From Lama glama (lineage: Eukaryota), in the NCBI GenBank assembly GCA_028534125.1, contig CM052824.1, forward strand, positions 23,932,001-23,996,000: 64,000 nucleotides of DNA. The letters run 5' to 3'. Below, one piece after another: positions 59,497 through 64,000 of this stretch (positions within the stretch are counted from its first letter, which is position 1; every line of letters starts with the position of its first letter). A program made the translations under genes and the position numbers. The notes under the pieces were generated by a model that ran no database searches, was not told where the DNA came from, and saw only the letters and a list, made by a program, of their open reading frames with translations.

Positions 59497-62400
59497 ATGC
59501 CGCCTTGTTTCTGTTCATTCCTTATTCTTGAGCGATTCAGGGAAACGGCCCCTGTGGCTGCTTTCCTGATAGCAAAGGGCTTAGGCCAGACAAGGGCTTG
59601 AGGAACAAAACTGTACAGTGTTCATTTGGAAATAGTTTCCGGTTTCTGGTTTCATGTTAACAGTTTATATTATTAGAATTATTGTGCCTCTTTTAACAGC
59701 CTCAGGATATTTAAGAGCATGTTTTATAAGCAAATGCCCAACTAAAATTTTGGATGAGAAATACAGATAACCCAAGCTTTGATGGTCCCTGAATAATACA
59801 TCTCTTCCCTTGGGGAATCCAGGAGATTCCCAGTCTGAAAACCAGTCTGGACCTGACACTTCTGGGTATACTTGTTGCCGAGTGCCTTGTTGCCTTATTT
59901 TGCCTACATGGGTTTCTACTTTAGAAGAAACATTAATATATGTGTGATAGGAGGTAGCAGCAGCAGCAGCAACTTTGCCTCGTCCAGCCAGGATGTCTAG
60001 GACTACCTTTCTCATGAGTCAATTGCCTTCTGTTGGGCAGCTGCAGCTAAGGATGCTTCATGTGCTATTATGCGGAGGGTAATGGAAACATTCCTAATCC
60101 TATGCTTGTCTGATCTGACTCCCTGCCATGGTGAAAGCACTCTACTGAGCGTGTACCCAAAGCCGTCCTCTTGACTCACAGGCAAGTAGGCAGCCCTGCT
60201 TATTCTGGAGAATGATGGGAAGGAACTAGTCCAATGCTGAGTCTCACTGGAGTCGTGGAAAGAAAAGGGAGTGACTAAGTCTACAAGGAAGGAGCCTCCA
60301 ATTCTCCAACTGTCGAAATGCGTCCAGGCCCAAGGTCGCCCCTGGGGCTACAAAGGCGTGTTCCTGCAGGGGCGCACGGAATGCCAGACGTATTCTGGAA
60401 GATGAATGTCTCATTCACGGGGAGACCGCCTGGAACTTGATCAAGCTAGGGGGTCAGTATGAGGCAGAACCCATGAGGAATAGTTTACAGCTTGATAAGG
60501 GAGCTGGTTGGACCATTCTTTGAAAACCTACCAAGTCTTGCTTTTGGAAACCTTGATATCATTCAGAGAACCAGGAACCTGATGTTAGGTGCACCACTGG
60601 GGGGCTAGAATATAAGAAGCCGGAGGTAAGGGGGAGAGAGATGAGTAATGCCACTTAGTAAACAGACAAGCCTAGATTTTCCATCAGGAAAAGTCTGCTT
60701 TTGGTGCAAGTAAGTCTGTGTTCACATTTTTACCCAGAGACCATTATAATGGTCTAGGGGGAGAGGGTGGTTAGGAATAATTGGGGAAGGGAAGATGAAG
60801 GCCCTTGACTAACCATTCTAACTTTATAAGTTATACTTTGTAAAGGCTTTTGATTATATGTCACCATAAAGTTAAGGATGCTCAAAGCACAAAAAAAGTG
60901 GTCAGTATGAAGGTTTTGGATGACATATCCAACAGCTAGAGACACTACCTCTCTTTGCCACCACCCCACCACGCCAGCATGGAAGGACAATTCAATGATT
61001 AGAACTTCCCAAGCTTTGGCAAAGTCAACCAGGAAGCATAACAAAAAGGGCATCATATTTCTAGTTCAGTGTGTGGATGATTTAGAAGTCAGTCAAGTAA
61101 TCTAATAAGTGGTTACTGTAGGAGACTGCCTTCTGAATAGCACTTGAAGACCTATCACGGATTCAACGCTCCATTTAGAGGTCAGTGTCTGGGTGTGGAG
61201 CCAGCCAAGGTTAGGCGACCATGGTCATGATGGTCTCTGACATCATGGTTGCCATTCCTTGCAAGGTTTCTGTAGATAGGACTTGGTGATCCTGAGGATC
61301 CTTGTGGAATCAACTTGAATGTGATGAATTTAGATCTATGTCTTGACTCATTTTTTAATATCACTGAAGAATGGGTCACTAGTAACAGCTCAAATTCTGG
61401 TCCAGTGAGGATAGAGCTGGTATTCTGTATGCTCCTTTTTCTAACATTTTCAGGAGGACCAGACTCCAGGACAGATATTGTGCAGAGAAGCTTCAGAGGA
61501 AAACATCAACCTGCTAGAAGCAAATTTATAAAGGGCAGTTAGAGGAGCTCCCAATGATGGTACATACTTGTCAGTGTCTTGTTCCTTGATTCCAGTTCTC
61601 TTGGGTCTCCTAAATCATTTCTAGAACATAGAGAGGGGCTACCATATAACATTTCACTGGGGATCCATTAGAGATTACCTTTAGGGGCTACCCTCACCCG
61701 GAGCAGGGAACTTAAGAATTATTCCTTTTTGTAAGGCTTTAACAATCTCAGAATCCTTTTTGGACTGGTAGGAAAAGCTTCTACCCAACCAGTGACTGTC
61801 CACATATACGAGTAAGTACCTAAAATTCCAAGTGTTTCTCCACATCACAGTGAAATCAATCAGCCAGTCTTCTCCAGGTCTAGTGCCTCGGGTCTGAACT
61901 CCTCTGGTTACTTGAGGTGGCCCAGTTTCTGGGTTGTTTCTAGCTCATACCATACATTTCTGTATTACTTTTGAACAGTCTTTTTGCTTATGTGGTCCTA
62001 TAATGAATTTCTGAATCTAGTAGAGGGTGGCATCCTTCCCCTAGTGTGTGCTCTGGTGTATATGATTTATTACACCCTCCAGAAGATACTCAGGTACAGG
62101 GACATGTCCATTATAAATCCATCCTTCCTTGGTGTACCTATAGTGGGTGTCCTGAGGATGTTCAGGACTTTAGTCAAATCCCCATTCATTGGCCCTTTCT
62201 AAGTCCTCAAGAGTATACTGCAGATAGTATCTTGATGAATCCACTTCAAGAATCAGAGCCAACAAAGGAATCTATGTGTTTTGATCTTAGCCGCTAGCAT
62301 CCTGGCCTGATTGGCTTGATTTTTCCCTCAAGCAGTCAGTCTGATTTCTGGTGCCCTGGGCCATGGACAGTGACCAGTTTTTTTTGGCTCCATGACAGCT

Positions 62401-64000
62401 TCTAATAAGTTTAAAATTTCTTTGGCATGTTTAAGTTCTTTCTTCCCTGCAGTTAACAGTCCTCTCTCTATCCAAATGGCTCCATGGGTGTGGACCACTG
62501 AAAAGATGTATTTGAAATCAAGAAAATAATTACTCTCTCATCCTTATCCATATGGAGGGCTCTGGTCAGTGCTACAAGTTGGGCCTTTTGTGTGGAGGTA
62601 CCTGTGTGGGGATTCTGCTTCCAGTGTCTATGGATGGGTCACCACCAAACGCCCAGCTTTGCATTTTCCCTGGTCCATGAAGCTGCTCCCAATTGTGAAC
62701 ATCTCAAAGTCTTAAGTCTCTAATGGCAAGTCCCTCTGTTCAGGGCAGCTAGAATAGACCTATTCAATTATGTGAATAGAATCATGTACAGGTTCTTCAA
62801 AACTAGTGGGAAAAAGTGTATCTAGGATTAAGGTTGTGGCTGCCTTCAAAGTGACCTTAGGGTTATCCAGTAATATATATAGCCTGGTGTTTTCCTAATC
62901 TTCCTGAGACTGACCATTATTCTCCTTTCTGTTCTAAGAGGGAAAGCACACAGCAAGGGTTATGCACAGTGGTATGTTGCCCTGGTATGAATTTTTCTGC
63001 TTCTTATAAGGGGTCACAAGTAGCTGCTATGGCCTGAAGGCACACTGGCCATCCCTTGGTGTCTGTGTCTAATTGTTTGAAAGACAGGCAACACATCTCC
63101 TTCTACGGCCCAGCTATTGGGTCAGTGCTCCAAGAATGATTCCTTGTCCCTCACGAACAAACAAGTCAAAAGGCTTCCTGATAGCCAGCTGGCAGAACTA
63201 AAGCTGGGCCAGTTGACAACTTTTATATGATAACAACTTGTGGGATTCAAAACTCAGGGGTATACAGAAAAAGGCATCTTTTAGGTCCCCAAAGTAGTGA
63301 GCAGAGTGTATGGATTAGGAATCACTGGATAAACATCTTCTATAATTAATGGCTCTGGAGTCCAGTACAAACCTGTATTCATCTGTGCCTGGCAGCTGGA
63401 AGGGTGAAACTGGAGTATTAGAAGGAGACCTGCAGGAGCACATTAAGTCGTAGCCCTGGGGCCAAAATTCCAAAATGAAAGCAGTACTCATTAAAGGAAG
63501 GGGCAGAGCAAGGGATTTAGCTCCTGCTAACAGCCTTCCTTGACTGAGTCTGACTCTACTGGTGTAGCTATTCTTGCTCTCCCCTGCCTCCCTTCAGTGC
63601 ATACTTCTGGACTCACCTCCTGCAGTGTCTCTTCCAGAAGTGCTGACCGTATTCCTTTTGGGGTTGGAGCAACAGGGCTTGGAATGCACAAGCCTGCTCG
63701 GGTGGTACTTTAATGCCCATTGGTCCCAGTGCAAAGGTAACCTCGGCATTTCATTTAGTTAATAAATCTCCCCCTAGAAGAGGAATGGGACACTCAGGAA
63801 AAAAACAACGCTTCAGATGAGTCTTCCCCTTCTGATGGTCTAAGGGCTCGACAAAGGGCTTCTTCAGGATTTCTTCAGACACCTCAGGTACTAATAGACT
63901 CGGAGGGAAGTTCAGAAATCTGGATATTTAAAACACAGTAGGTGGCCCCATATTGGTCAGAAAGTCAAAAGTTGATTTCCCACCATCACAGTAACTTGGG
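59497..64000 (-). mobile_element. Class I provirus A internal region (pro-pol-env), defective, continuing beyond the window
   Basis: Protease motif ~63930-63970; LKDAFFCIP ~63258-63285; RNase H GTSTQKAQLVALTRAL...HTHGAIWIERGLLTAG (~62450-62600); IN RGTRPGEDWLIDFTV (~61845-61890); env SU and TM. Confidence 0.93.
59640..61060 (-). pseudogene. env: Degenerate retroviral envelope (SU and TM)
   Basis: SU CAPAG..LC motif ~60350-60380; TM SRVLSPWQGV...IRNVSITL...AAQQKAIDS*RKVVLD, then LAGRGKV...TSYHTYINVSSKVETHVGKIRQQ (eroded ISD and CX6CC); stops and frameshifts present. Confidence 0.85.

Noticed and set aside
59640-61060. Domesticated env / syncytin-like gene
   Set aside because: Stops, frameshifts, a deleted ISD core, lost CX6CC cysteines and an internal inversion; the longest ORF is 116 aa.
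1-64000. CRISPR array, prokaryotic operon or rRNA
   Set aside because: The sequence is mammalian repeat-rich DNA with no regular repeat-spacer pattern and no rRNA motifs.

Overview
Mammalian non-coding DNA, most likely camelid: the tRNA-derived SINE heads and young L1 3' ends resemble alpaca/camel families. I find no intact protein-coding gene; the long ORFs are retroelement remnants, chance ORFs or artefacts of the 500-N gap at 27899-28398. The first ~20 kb is a mixed repeat landscape with two candidate MYB-site promoters (~0.9 kb and ~19.7 kb). From ~20.5 kb to the end the window is an old tandem amplification of a composite unit: ERVL-class LTR, ERVL gag/pol remnant, L2 remnant and an unassigned 2-kb segment, in up to 5 partial copies. 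It ends in two class I (gamma-like) proviruses arranged head-to-tail on the minus strand around one shared LTR. A third env copy at 26.3-27.5 kb is a recombinant of those two proviruses. Smaller rearrangements are visible directly: a 56-bp inversion bounded by inverted repeats, an inversion-deletion junction and an L1 3' transduction. The overall architecture suggests a germline (pachytene-type) piRNA cluster or ERV trap, but that is inference and needs small-RNA data. Repeat family names are from recalled consensus features, not database searches, and most boundaries are approximate.
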